A stretch of 58,396 bases of DNA, the filler included, from Sphacelaria rigidula (lineage: Eukaryota): assembly GCA_964200075.2 (NCBI GenBank). It is 5 parts of 5 records of this genome, joined end to end, with 100 filler letters (N's around TTAATTAATTAA, not from the genome) between each part and the next. Parts side by side here need not be neighbours in the genome. Positions count along the whole stretch, not along the records: positions 23,401 to 34,999 come from CAXNAA020004727.1; positions 35,100 to 46,698 come from CAXNAA020004728.1; 3 more parts are not named here. The stretch is one strand, 5' to 3'. Positions 25,402-36,399 of the stretch are shown here, piece by piece; position 1 is the stretch's first letter, and every line of letters begins with the position of its first letter. Made by a program: the position numbers and the translations under genes. The notes beneath the pieces are model-generated. The model did not search any database, was not told the DNA's origin, and worked only from the letters and a program-made list of their open reading frames with translations.

Positions 25402-28400
25402 GCGAAACCTGCCCGACCCGGATAGCACGGGGGAAACGAATTTGGCGGTGAACAGCACCGCCGTCGTTGGGGATTGGACCTTCGTTAACTTCTTGCGCCC
25501 GGCTGAAGCCGAGAACGACGAGGTGGGGAAACGCTGGGGGGGCGCGTCGTTTGATCTTTCCTCCCTCGCCTCTGTCTCTCTGTGTCTCTTCGTCTGTCTC
25601 TCTTGTTGCCTGTCTGTATGCCTGTCTGTTTGTCTGTCTCTGTCTGCAGTCGTATCTATCTCTTGTTGGCAATGTGTATGTACATATATATATATATATT
25701 TCATATTTTTTCTCTTTTGTTTCTTCACCTTGTTTGGGACTGCTTCCCTTTTTTTCATGAATGTATATATGTATATTTCACTGTTATTCTTCATTCATTT
25801 TAATATTCGTGATTCCTGCATTTTGCTTTCATCATTCATCTTGTTTTTGATTCGACACCAACCAAACACAGGAGGACTACGACCTTCAAGCGGACATCGA
25901 TGCTTCCGTATCAACATATACGATTTACTCCTTCCGTTCGGGGGAAGGCTTGGGCCAACATCCCAACGCGAATCGTGGAGCAGCGGAAGTCAACTACGCC
26001 ACCAGCCAATCCACCGAGGTACGTACGCGTTTTTCGAGTCCTCATCCACTATATGCCTTGAGTCTTCCTCCACTGTAGTAGGTCGTCCTCCGCTGTTTCA
26101 GTTCTTCCTCTACTGTATGAGACATCTACGCTTTTTTTCGCGTCTTCATCTACTGAATGCGTCGAGTCTTGTCCCCCCTCTACTAGGTCTTTCTCCGCTG
26201 TTAGAAGGCGCCACCATTCTTGCGTACGTCCCCATACTGCATAGACATGTGTCTTGTCTTGATTTTGGTGTGGATGCATGAGCTTCAGGATTGCGGTTCC
26301 TCCGGGGCGGACCCTCGAGGCAACATGCGCGCAGCTGGAGCCCGATGTGTAAATGTTATTATCCAGAAGTGAACCGCAGCGTCCACGAGGGAACCACAAC
26401 GAAGAATCACAGATTCGATTAAATGGTCCACTGATTGATTGATCAACGTAGAAGCAGAGGTGGATTGATCAGTTGATGAATTTCCGAATTTGATCCGCTC
26501 CGAACCCGACTGTAGTAAAAAAATACTTACAGTGCGGGTGCTTGACGTAGGTAAACGAAAATGTTTCGCTGATGGGATACTAGAGAAAAGAGAGACGAAA
26601 TGAGGTAAAAAAAACGAAGGGAAACACGAGCGGAATACGGCAACTTGTACCTTGGAGAGAAAAAGAACAGGGGAAACTGAACTCCAGTACTAAGAGCAGG
26701 GGCACGTGACTTGCGATGTTGAAACTACCGTATCCGGTACACGATGAGTTATTAATGGTCTAGGGTCATGAGGATATATACATATATATATACCGCGAAA
26801 ACAGAGGTGCCCCACAACGTGGCTGGATATATCGTGTTCAGGCTGCTGTACCTGTTTCCACACTCATGTATCATCCACGGTTTTCATGGCAATCCTGCTC
26901 CCTTTGCGGACGTTTCGCAGCCCCTCGGGTTCAACACCCTCTTCCCCTTCCAGAGCACATGCGTTTGGTTCCGTCTCATCATCTTAGCCGAGTCTTGAGT
27001 TCCACTCCCTCGCGTAAACCGTTGATTTGCCCGTAAATAAGTGGTGCAATCCTTCGCGCAGCCAGAGCTGTTCTCGGAACAATACCACCGGCTGATCATT
27101 TTGACGCTGCTAACCCCCTGCCCCCCCCCCCGCGCGCGCGCCATTTTCCTCCCTCCCCGAAGCCGTAGCGTAGCAGCCTCTTTTTTAATCTAATTTGCGA
27201 ACAACGCTTTCAGTGACACCAACACAAATGCCTCAGTTCCCTTAGACCGGTAAGATAAGTCGTCCCGTTCGATCAGCATCATTTTTTCTTGAGAAGTAAA
27301 TATGGGACCTGAATTACTCACGCTCCCCGACGGCCGAGGAGTTGACGAAAAATGCAACAGTTTTCCGTTGTATATATGCAGCCGTCCATGTAGGGCCCAT
27401 CTTAGTGGGCTTTGCACTGGAGGGTTTGGTTGTACCTGCTTGAGTGGTTTTTCGTTTCAAATCAGCTCCTCCCCAAAATGATGAACGTCTCGAAAGGAAT
27501 GCGTGGTCAATGGTCAAACGACTAAGGCAAGCAACAAATGAGTACACCCCCTCCAAAAATAATGAATGCTTAATATATCGATGCACTTGGTATACACGAA
27601 ACATACACGGAACATACTCCACCTCCCTCCATCCCCCCCGCGGCCACCTTCTCCCCTCCCTTTAATCCTTTCCGTGACCTCCCGACCCCTCTTGATGTTT
27701 AACACGAGTCAGATTTGCACCGACGGCGATGATTTCGTGTCGCTGCATGGCGCCTTGATGCTTATTGCGTGGATGATCCTCGCGCCGATTGGGATATACT
27801 ACGTGAGGTGTGCATGTGTGTGTGTGTGTTGTGCATGGGTATCTTGCTTTCATCATGGTCCATTCTCCGAGAGAGAAGATACATAACCATATTAGTATGA
27901 CGAATAGTATCAATATAATTGTCATTGTAGTATGGGCATTATTAACTGAAACTTTCCTCAATGATTAATTTTAGTGAGAGTGAGTTCGAGCGCGATCAGA
28001 ATGTGGCATCAAGTCACAATCAGTCGTCAACTTGAAAAAAATCTCGAAGCGCCAGAATTACCATCACTCTCACATCGCGCTCTCACTTTTCTGGCCTCGT
28101 TAAAACGGACCCTTAACGGCCACAAGAGAATGAGAGAAGCAACACCTGAACTAGTATAGTTACTATGCTACTATGATCATCATTGCTGTTATTATTTCTG
28201 TGGCTGGATTTAATTATTTTTGTTTTTGTCGTTTGCTGCTGCTGTCGGCTGATCGCTTTTGTATGTGCTACGTCAACGTGTGACAATTAATCAATCAATC
28301 ATCGATGTGCAGGTACCGGAAAGGTGAGGAAGTGCTGTTCGGACTGCAATGGTACGAGATGCACCAGGAGATCATGATTCTGGCTGCAGAGGCCATCTTA

Positions 28401-29306
28401 CCCATGGCAATCACTGCAATCTTCGCCCTCGATGCGGACCATCGCCAAGAACATGCCAAGTAAGCGGTTACGGCACTAACAGCGTAAGACGCGGCATGCA
28501 CCCCCCCGCCCACCCCTCCGTCCCTGAATGTCACCTGGGAATAGTAAAATCTGGACTATTTTGGGCTACGGAAGAGTCTTTTCAGCGCTTCGTCGGGGTG
28601 CTTGTCAGATCTGTATGCTTTACGATATTGGTGCACACAGTGCACACAAAACGTGCTTGTGGTCTAGTTGTTCGTGCCGGTGGGGATTCGTGCTTTAGCA
28701 TTTAATAAGTAGCTCGCTATGGAGGTGTCGCACGCGTGACGTACGGACCGTCATCATTATTTTCTTCTGATTTTTTGGTATTTTTTCCCGATGCTCGCGC
28801 GCATGTATAATTCCGTTATCGAACGCGCAGATGGGGGTTTGTGCTGATCGCGTTGATTGCTCTGCAAGTGATTACGGGATTCTTTCGAGTGGCGGCACTG
28901 GAGGCCAAGCAGTCCAACTTTTCACTGTTGCACCGGGTAAGGAGACGTCTTTTGGGTGTGTATGTCTTATTCTTCGCTTTTTTTTCTGTGGCACCGGGTG
29001 GGGACTCGTCTACGGGTGGGTGTTATGTGCTGTGTGTTATTCTCCGGCGCTTGTGTTTGTGAGTGACGTTTGCTTCTTGTTTGTTCTGGAGCGCTCTCGT
29101 TTTCTTCGCTCTGTTTATAATTCTGCGGCACAATACGTTCCGAATTTCCACCGAAACATTCAGAGTATATAGTCCGTATACTGACGATGATGATGATGAT
29201 GATAATAATAATAACAATGATAATAATGCTAATGATGATAATAACAATGATAACAATATTAATGATGATGATAATGATAATAATAATAGTAATAATGATG
29301 ATAATG

Positions 29307-29382
<76 letters not shown>

Positions 29383-32300
29383 GAGTAATAAGAGTAATAA
29401 TAATGGTAATAATAATGGTAATAATAATAATGGTGATAATGGTAATAATGGTAATAATGGTAATAATGGTAATAATGGTAATAATAGTAATAATAGTAAT
29501 AAATAAGAAAAACAAGAAGAAGAAGAAGAATGATAATAGCAATAACAATGATCATAGTCATTAGCGTTCATAATACACATATATTCCTCATGCCCACGGA
29601 TGCTTGCGCTTTTTACTTGATTTTTTTAGGTCAAACCCCAAAACGGTGTATATATATTCACGAGCCAACCAATATCCTGGACAACTCATGATCAACAGCC
29701 GAACTGTCCATCCATTTCTTGCCTGTCGCCAAACCCTTCATGAAGGTTGCGACGCGATCGATTGGAGTCCACGTATGCCAATGTACCTCTTTGTGCCTTG
29801 AAATCTGAGTCCACGGAGGTCGATGTACCTCTTCGTGTCTCGAGTTGTGTAAGTCACTACCCCTGCAGTAAAGGTCCCAAACTCTTCGCAGTAGAAGAGT
29901 TCGATTGTTCCATGTCGCCACATATGAACAGCCCCTTAGTATATACTCAACACTTGGATATGAGAAACGGCCAAAGCAGGTATGAGTTCTGTCCTGTTTT
30001 CCTGGTTGATGGGCGTCGCAGTGATTCTAGATGCCGTAGAGTCGACAAGACGGATAATCTATTCGTGTCTCATGTGGAACACTATGTTGCGAATCAGCTT
30101 AACCCTCTTCACCGCGAGCAGAGATCACCAGTTGATTTGGCATCATTTTCTCTTGCAAGTTTTTTATGAATGAATGACCCAGGTGGCCTACCCTCGCTGT
30201 CAAGAGATTAAGTTGTGAACCAGCGCGGTGCTCCTGGCCTCGTAAGATCGTGCTCTTTATCGATAACGCACCTTATTGCTTAGGAACACGGGTCCAACAA
30301 TTACGGGCAAGACGGACCGATCAGGGTTGGTCCGTGCCTCGTCATGGCTGGGGCGGTGTGCCGTTGCTTGGGAGCTCTCGACCACCTGTCTATATTGTGA
30401 CGTCAGCCGCTGATCCACGCGCACGGATATCGCTTCCATGTATAACATAGTATCAGCACATGACATCCTTTTTAAAACTTGAAAAACACGCTGTGTGTGT
30501 GTTGTCATGCCATCTACTCTGAATGCCAGTCTATGCATCTCGGTAAATGTGGGCGTATCAGCCGCGTCACACAGGAGGAGGGTCCAATACAGGACTTTTT
30601 TTTTTACTATAGAAATATATATAATTTGTTCTCCACCTTTGCTTCTGCGGTGCTTGCCTTTCGTCTTATCGCGGGAAGAGAAGAGTTCGGCCGTTCCTTT
30701 CCGTCGTCAGCCGTGAAATCGCTCCCCACTGTTGGGCACGATGCAAGAAAAAAACAGATCGTGTGACTTAACCGAGATTTGAACCCACGTCACATCCGTC
30801 GTAGCGTTTCGAGGTTGCCAACTGAGCCACTCGGGCGACCGGCCGCGCTTCAATAAGCGCTTTTTTCTCTGCAGATTGAGGTGGAATTTCGCCTTAGCGT
30901 CCAAAGCACCCGCAGTTTAGTCAGCAAGGTTCTTGACTTTTCGAGGATCATGCTAAATATCTCCGAAAAATCAAGGGCTGACAACTCCGCTTTGAAAATT
31001 TTCGATGCTGGACAAGGATCTACACACCTATCAGTTTTTTTTTTTTTCCCCTCTAGAGAAAGACTAATGTAGTACATCGTATGTAATTTGCCTTCTTCGG
31101 CGCAATCTTTTGATCTTGATTTTGATTTTTTTTCCCTTTGTTTTTCCCTTTTTTCAATAACTCAGATCAACAAGTACTTCCACATCTGGTCCGGCCGATT
31201 CGCATATATATCGGGCGTTATCCAATGCTACCGAGGGCTGGAGCTCGTGAGCGATAGCGACACTCTCCTGTTTTCCGCAGTGGAGGGGCTGGACCTTCAG
31301 GTAAAGCTCTTAGCGGTGGAAGCTACAGGACATGAGCGTTACCTACAACTTCGTGAAATGATAACACCTGCGTCAATAATAGTTGGTACGGCAAATGAGA
31401 AAATCAACGTCAACATTTTTTTTTATTTTCTGTCGTACTTCCACCCCTCCCCACCTCCCTGCTTTTGAGGGTTGGCATTGGTCGGCAACAACGCGGTTGA
31501 AATATACCTCTCACTGCTAAGCTAGGCAACCAGGCTATACCGTCGTTTATTTCTTGCTTGCGTTTTCTTTCCCGGTGACCATGATGGTGGTTGAGCTAGA
31601 TCATGTAGTGCGGGGTGGAGAGCCTGCCCTCCCCGCAAAGCGGACGATCGTACTGCGTAGTGTTCAAATGGTGATACCCATGACAGTGTGCATGTAAGCC
31701 GTGGCTGTCTCTGGAAGTGGCGATGCCAGAAAATGAAGCAGCTCATTGTAGGCTATCATCCAGTTGCAAGATAATCAGTGCGATTCGGGTCGAATAATCT
31801 TGACAGCATGCAGCTCACCCGTCATGCGACCCGCCGAGCAAACAAATCATGGCACCTCGCACTTGGAATCTCAGATCCATTGGTCCGAAAACACGAAAGA
31901 CGTGACCGCAGGGTCAGGAAAAACGAGAGCGTAACCGTCGCTCTAGGCGATCCCGTCATCGTCTTCAACGGTCGCCGATATTGCATGCTCGGCGACTAGC
32001 GCTGCAGGGAGAGAAGGTTAGCACACAGCCCAAAATGAGCTATAACCTAGTAGCTCGTGATCCGCATCAGTACACTATTAAGAAGTGATGATTATGTGGC
32101 TCATGAACTTCCCGACGTTTGCTTCCCTCCTTCCTTCCTCCCTTTCTTCCACCCGTCCTCGCTCATGCTTCGGACTGCGGCAGCTGGGAAGCTTCGGTTT
32201 CGCCCAGCGGAAACTGTTTCCTGCATGGCTGGGCGTGATGGCTGTGGCGTGGCTATTCTTCGAGTCTAGAAAGCAAATACGTAGGGTGAGCAATAGAGAA

Positions 32301-34086
32301 AAGGATAATGCCGTTTTCTACTTTTTCGGCGAGTGTTTCAGTTTTATTTTGTCTCGGGTACGTGTATCATATGACCACGGCTGGATCCCTGGGGGGTCAC
32401 TTAAAGTGCGACAATCAATCAACCAACCAATCCACCACCCAATCAAATCAAACCATACCCTGGACAAAGGATTCCATTGGCGAAATGTGTACTGCGTACA
32501 GTATGGAGTATATTGTCTACTGCAATAGACGCAACAGTGGGTACTGTATGCACTGCACTTTTTTGACAACGTAAACGTACGCGTTTGTCCAGGGTATGAT
32601 GTATACACACAGAGAGAAAGAGAGACATGGACGGAGAGAGAGGGAAGGAAGGAGATACGGGTAGTACAGATGATCAAGGGAGTGATGATGACACATGTAT
32701 AGGGGGCCAGAGAGGAAAGGGGCGGGTGGTCAGAGACGAGAAAAAAAAGTAGACAGGCGAGGAGACAGACCGAGAAATGAAAAACAGATATGATGGAGCC
32801 AGAGTAGACCCACGGATTTATCAACAGGATTTTGAAGGAGCCAGTTGTGTATAGTCTGTCAAGCAAGCAGGCAGGCAGGCAGGCAGACAAGCATGGCGGA
32901 AAGAGACATATTTATCCCCTGTGACAATGTTTGCTGTGGAATATATAAATATTTTTATTTCTGATCGTTTTTTAAAATTGAGCAAGATATCTCGAACCCG
33001 CGGTCACGTAACAAAGGAGGATGATGAATCCTTCAGAGGAGGCCATCGGACGCTTGTTTGTACTTCAGTTTTTCAAATAAAAAAAATGTTGTGTTTTCGC
33101 CGTGGTTTTTTTTTATTCATGAGAAAAAACATGGTTGTGGTTTCTCTTTGTTTTGAGCTCTTGTCGTGATTTGAGTTTGTTGTTTCCGCAAAAAACAACA
33201 CGGTTGCAAACGTATTTTTTTGTTTTTTCCAACCCCCAATGGTCTTACTGGATACATGTACGATGTATTTCACATAAGATTCGGCCGTGGGTAGATGGAC
33301 AAAACTGACGGGAGAAAATATGTTTTCATATATATAGTTAGTCTGTGCTTGCACTCGTACGAGCATTCCATGTTGACTCCTCCTGGAACGTCTTGTTTTA
33401 TACATCTAGATGATCTGAGAATTTTTCTTACACTATACCGGGCAGAAGAGAGCGACTTTGTCGTGGATACACAAAGTTCGACTTCACGGTCGACGAGGGG
33501 AATAGGGACCGCTGGACCCTCCCCGCGATAAACTACAAGGGAAACACCGCAAAAGGAAGGTGGAGTGCTATTTTGAATCAGAATTGAAAAATAAAAACCC
33601 AACACGCTCCTGTGTTGGCCTCCCTGCTGTGTGATCCCGGCTGATGCTGTCTACGTATACCGAATGAGGGTAGGCTGGTGTTTACAAAAAGTTAGATGGC
33701 GGCAAGACACAATAACACACACACACAAGACAGACAACGAACCCTTTGGGAACTAAACCCCGAAGGAGTACTGATGTTTTTTTCGTATATCGGCATCATT
33801 TTCAGTCATTTTCAAGTCAAAAAGATGCCGATACACAAAGACTAAAATCAGCACTGTAGTTCCCAAAGGGTTAATCAATTCGCTGTGAAGAAACCAACTG
33901 ACAATGGAAATGGAAATGCATGCGGGGAAAAAAAATGTGTGTCGGCAGTACACCCACAAGGGAGTGGCGAATGTGTGCGGGTGCGTGGAGATTATCAACG
34001 AGGAATTCGACGGCAACGTGGAGCAGAGGTTGGTGCCCAGGACAGAGGACGTGCCGATGTACACTATGCAGGAATTCAACGACAAG
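25402..34086 (+). CDS. DOMON + cytochrome b561 membrane protein, probably continuing into a cytochrome b5 domain; both ends missing
   Basis: Eight phase-compatible exons: 25402-25522, 25872-26018, 27713-27807, 28313-28459, 28831-28936, 31166-31300, 32184-32285, 33949-34086. DOMON C-terminal features (TFVNFLRP; GQHPNANRG). Four b561 haem histidines (SLHGALMLIAW, WYEMHQ, QEHAKWG, YFHIWSGR). The last exon ends VPMYTMQEFNDK, like the start of a cytochrome b5 fold. Confidence 0.88.
27488..27545 (+). repeat. 3' segment of dispersed repeat family C
   Basis: GAAAGGAATGCGTGGTCAATGGTCAAACGACTAAGGCAAGCAACAAATGAG matches 34875-34925 and, more loosely, 58320-58370. Confidence 0.75.
29184..29545. repeat. 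Compound trinucleotide microsatellite (AAT/GAT/GGT-AAT)
   Basis: About 360 bp of AAT-based triplets in an intron. Confidence 0.97.
29650..30447 (-). mobile_element. Possible heavily decayed LTR-retrotransposon remnant (integrase-like piece and LTR-like end)
   Basis: Minus-strand peptides DLRGLRFQG, GIRGLQSIASQP and QARNGWTVRL loosely resemble integrase SDRG.F and TAYHPQ.NG.VERL motifs. TGTTAT start near 30447. Internal 43-bp duplication at ~29765/29808. Confidence 0.3.
30492..30843 (-). mobile_element. tRNA-derived SINE family B with (CA)n tail
   Basis: On the minus strand: A box TGGCTCAGTTGG, B box GGTTCAAATC, body shared with 33412-33726, ending AGATGGCATGACAACACACACAC. Confidence 0.75.
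31468..31762 (+). repeat. Dispersed repeat family C (partial)
   Basis: Aligns with 57940-58240 (CCATGATGGT...AGATCAT; GTAAGCCGTGGCTGTCTCTGGAAGTGGCGA). Confidence 0.8.
33412..33726 (+). mobile_element. Diverged SINE family B relative without a clear tRNA head
   Basis: Shares TTCACGG, CCCGCGATAA, CACCGCA..AAGGTGGAG and the CTCCTGTGT...AGATGGC..(AC)n tail with the reverse complement of 30492-30770. Confidence 0.65.
33742..33870. mobile_element. piggyBac-type MITE (~130 bp)
   Basis: Perfect 14-bp TIRs CCCTTTGGGAACTA / TAGTTCCCAAAGGG. TTAA on the right flank; the left flank is degenerate (CGAA). Confidence 0.7.
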
Positions 34087-34874
34087 GTAAGGTGACGGTT
34101 GGAATAGTTGATGTGTGGATACTTCGTCGATGATTCGATGATGGTTGCATTGATGAATGGATATCTCTGCTCTTCCTTTTATTCAAGAGGAAGTATCTAC
34201 TCATGGCATGATGGAATGTTGATCGACTAATTGGCTTATTTGTTGATTTTTTATATCACTAAATATTATCTGATTCGCCGGGAATCCGGCCCGTTCCTCC
34301 ACGGTATGCACAGTCATAAAACATGAGTGCTCTAAGTAAGCAGGCGAGCAATTACGCAAGCAAGATCGGTTGAAGAGTCAAACAATGGACGGATGGCCTG
34401 TCACGTAACTGCGGCCAGCGAACAACAGGCGGCAAGTAGCAAACACGTTTTTTTTCGTTTGCATGAATATTTTTGAAGTGAACCAACCTCACCACGTTTG
34501 ATACGATATACATTTTTTTTGGTCCCCGTGAGACCTAAAAAATTATTTTTCATTCACATGTTTACATTCGCCATTTTTCTTTGGTCGTTCGGTTCGGTTC
34601 GTTTGTTTCATTTTTTTTGGTTTGGACCTTAGGAACCGAAGTACATGAATTATTATCAACACAATGATTTCCTTATATATATGTAGCAGTGATATCTAGG
34701 GAAAATATCCGAAACGCCCCTTCCCTTACTTCCAAACCCATCCCGAAATGAACATATGTTTATTCCCCATAATGTTCCGAAACTCTCATTTCCTTACTTC
34801 CAAAGCTATTCCGAAACGTCTCTCTCTCGTTGTTCCCCCCCCTCACACTACTGCTACTACTACTGTTCCGCCTC

Positions 34875-34999
34875 GAAAGGGATGCGTGGTCAATGGTCAC
34901 ACGACTAAGGCAAGCAACAAATGAGAACGCTCTTGCGTTTTTTTTGCGGTAACCATGATGGTGGTCGAGCTAGATCATATTGTGCGGCGTGGGAGAACC
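34875..34999 (+). repeat. Dispersed repeat family C, tail joined to body, truncated by gap
   Basis: The segment matching 58320-58370 precedes the segment matching 58033-58101. Confidence 0.75.
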
Positions 35000-35099
35000 N
35001 NNNNNNNNNNNNNNNNNNNNNNNNNNNNNNNNNNNNNNNNNNNTTAATTAATTAANNNNNNNNNNNNNNNNNNNNNNNNNNNNNNNNNNNNNNNNNNNN
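35000..35099. other. Assembly gap with artificial TTAATTAATTAA linker
   Basis: 100-nt N run with linker. Confidence 0.97.
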
Positions 35100-35157
35100 C
35101 CTATTTTTTTTTTTGTCCTTGTGTGTCTGTTTCTTGCTGGTGGTTTCGACCGGACGG

Positions 35158-35208
<51 letters not shown>

Positions 35209-35982
35209 GATGTGGGTACTACCACATGGGGGCGTTCTCATGTGTTGCTTGCCTTCTTAGTCGTTTGACCATTAACCACGCATCCCTCCACTACCACATG
35301 GAGCGGGGAAAATCCCGCACGTGTCTGTTGAGGAATCGCCGTTTCACACACATGAAGAACCATGTATTGTACCACAAACGAAACGCTTGATTCGCGCAGA
35401 ATTATTGCAACGTAGACTGCCACCCGTCGACGTCCAGGACGGCGAATCTGGGATTTGTCTCTACATTTCGGCTAAATATGATGCCGACGCAACAGAATGC
35501 CCAGTCTGCAAGGGCTAGGTACTTCCCCCTTTTGCCGATCATACGTGAGTTCGGCTTTTTCTTTTAAGATTGCAACACACTCTTCTCCACGTATTGCACT
35601 ACTTACACTAAAGCATTTACCCAATAGCCATGTGAGACCATAAAATAGAAATGAAAATGCAAGGTAACCTGCAGTAAGTTTTGCCTCGTGTGCCTGGCAT
35701 TACATTCCTCCCTCCGCATTTCAACAGGGCGGAACAAGCATGACCGATGTTTTGACCAAACCCGACCGATCAATACGCTCCATACAAGGTATTCACAACA
35801 TCGGATCCCTACTAGAAACCGGCGGATAGATGGAACGGGGCAAAACTGTATTCTTCATCCGCTAACACTTATTCGCGGATGCCTGACACAAACGTGTGGT
35901 GGCACAGGTAAAACGCAGGGACGCACTAGGCACACAACAGGGCTTGGTTGTGTCATTCTCCACACAACATACATTCATACCC

Positions 35983-36200
35983 TTAAACGGATGATTTTGA
36001 ATATGTGGAAGATATGTTTCCACGGGAACGAACTGAGGTCGAAGTTGTATGTGATATTGAGCCTCGTATCCGCCAAAAATGATTTGAAGAAGGCAATATT
36101 AGTGCCAGGTTCAAAATCATACATAATTTTGACCTCTGTTCGTTCCCGTGTGAATATACCATCTCCTTTTTCAAGATCACCTGTTCTTCCCAGCGGTTAA
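35983..36200. mobile_element. Foldback/MITE-like imperfect palindrome
   Basis: CACGGGAACGAACTGAGGTCGAAGTTGTATGTGATATTGAGCC pairs with GGTTCAAAATCATACATAATTTTGACCTCTGTTCGTTCCCGTG. TTAA at both outer edges. Confidence 0.7.
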
Positions 36201-36399
36201 ACCTTTCAGAATTGATCAATCAATGTTACTATTCTTTGACTATCAGGGTGGAAATTTTGATGACTCGGCATCATATCCACCAGAAAAAATCAACGTCTGG
36301 ATAACCCAGATTACCCACCTACCTTCCCGGTCAGGGGGTCGACCCTTTGTCAGGATGTGTTATTCGGGTAGGAAGCTCCTTTTTTAATGAACAATAGGC

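Noticed and set aside
25337..26281. 314-aa hydrophobic ORF
   Set aside because: Only 25402-25522 is coding in this frame; the rest is read-through of T-rich intron.
28967..29580. Poly-Ile/Leu/Asn/Tyr ORFs
   Set aside because: These are translations of an intronic AAT microsatellite.
29658..29921. LINE endonuclease start ATWNNRTL
   Set aside because: No following QE or GV motifs in frame. Another frame fits an integrase remnant slightly better, and both are weak.
35159..35207. Long poly-G runs (also 46603-46698) as G-quadruplex elements
   Set aside because: They lie at contig edges and may be sequencing or assembly artefacts; length is unreliable.
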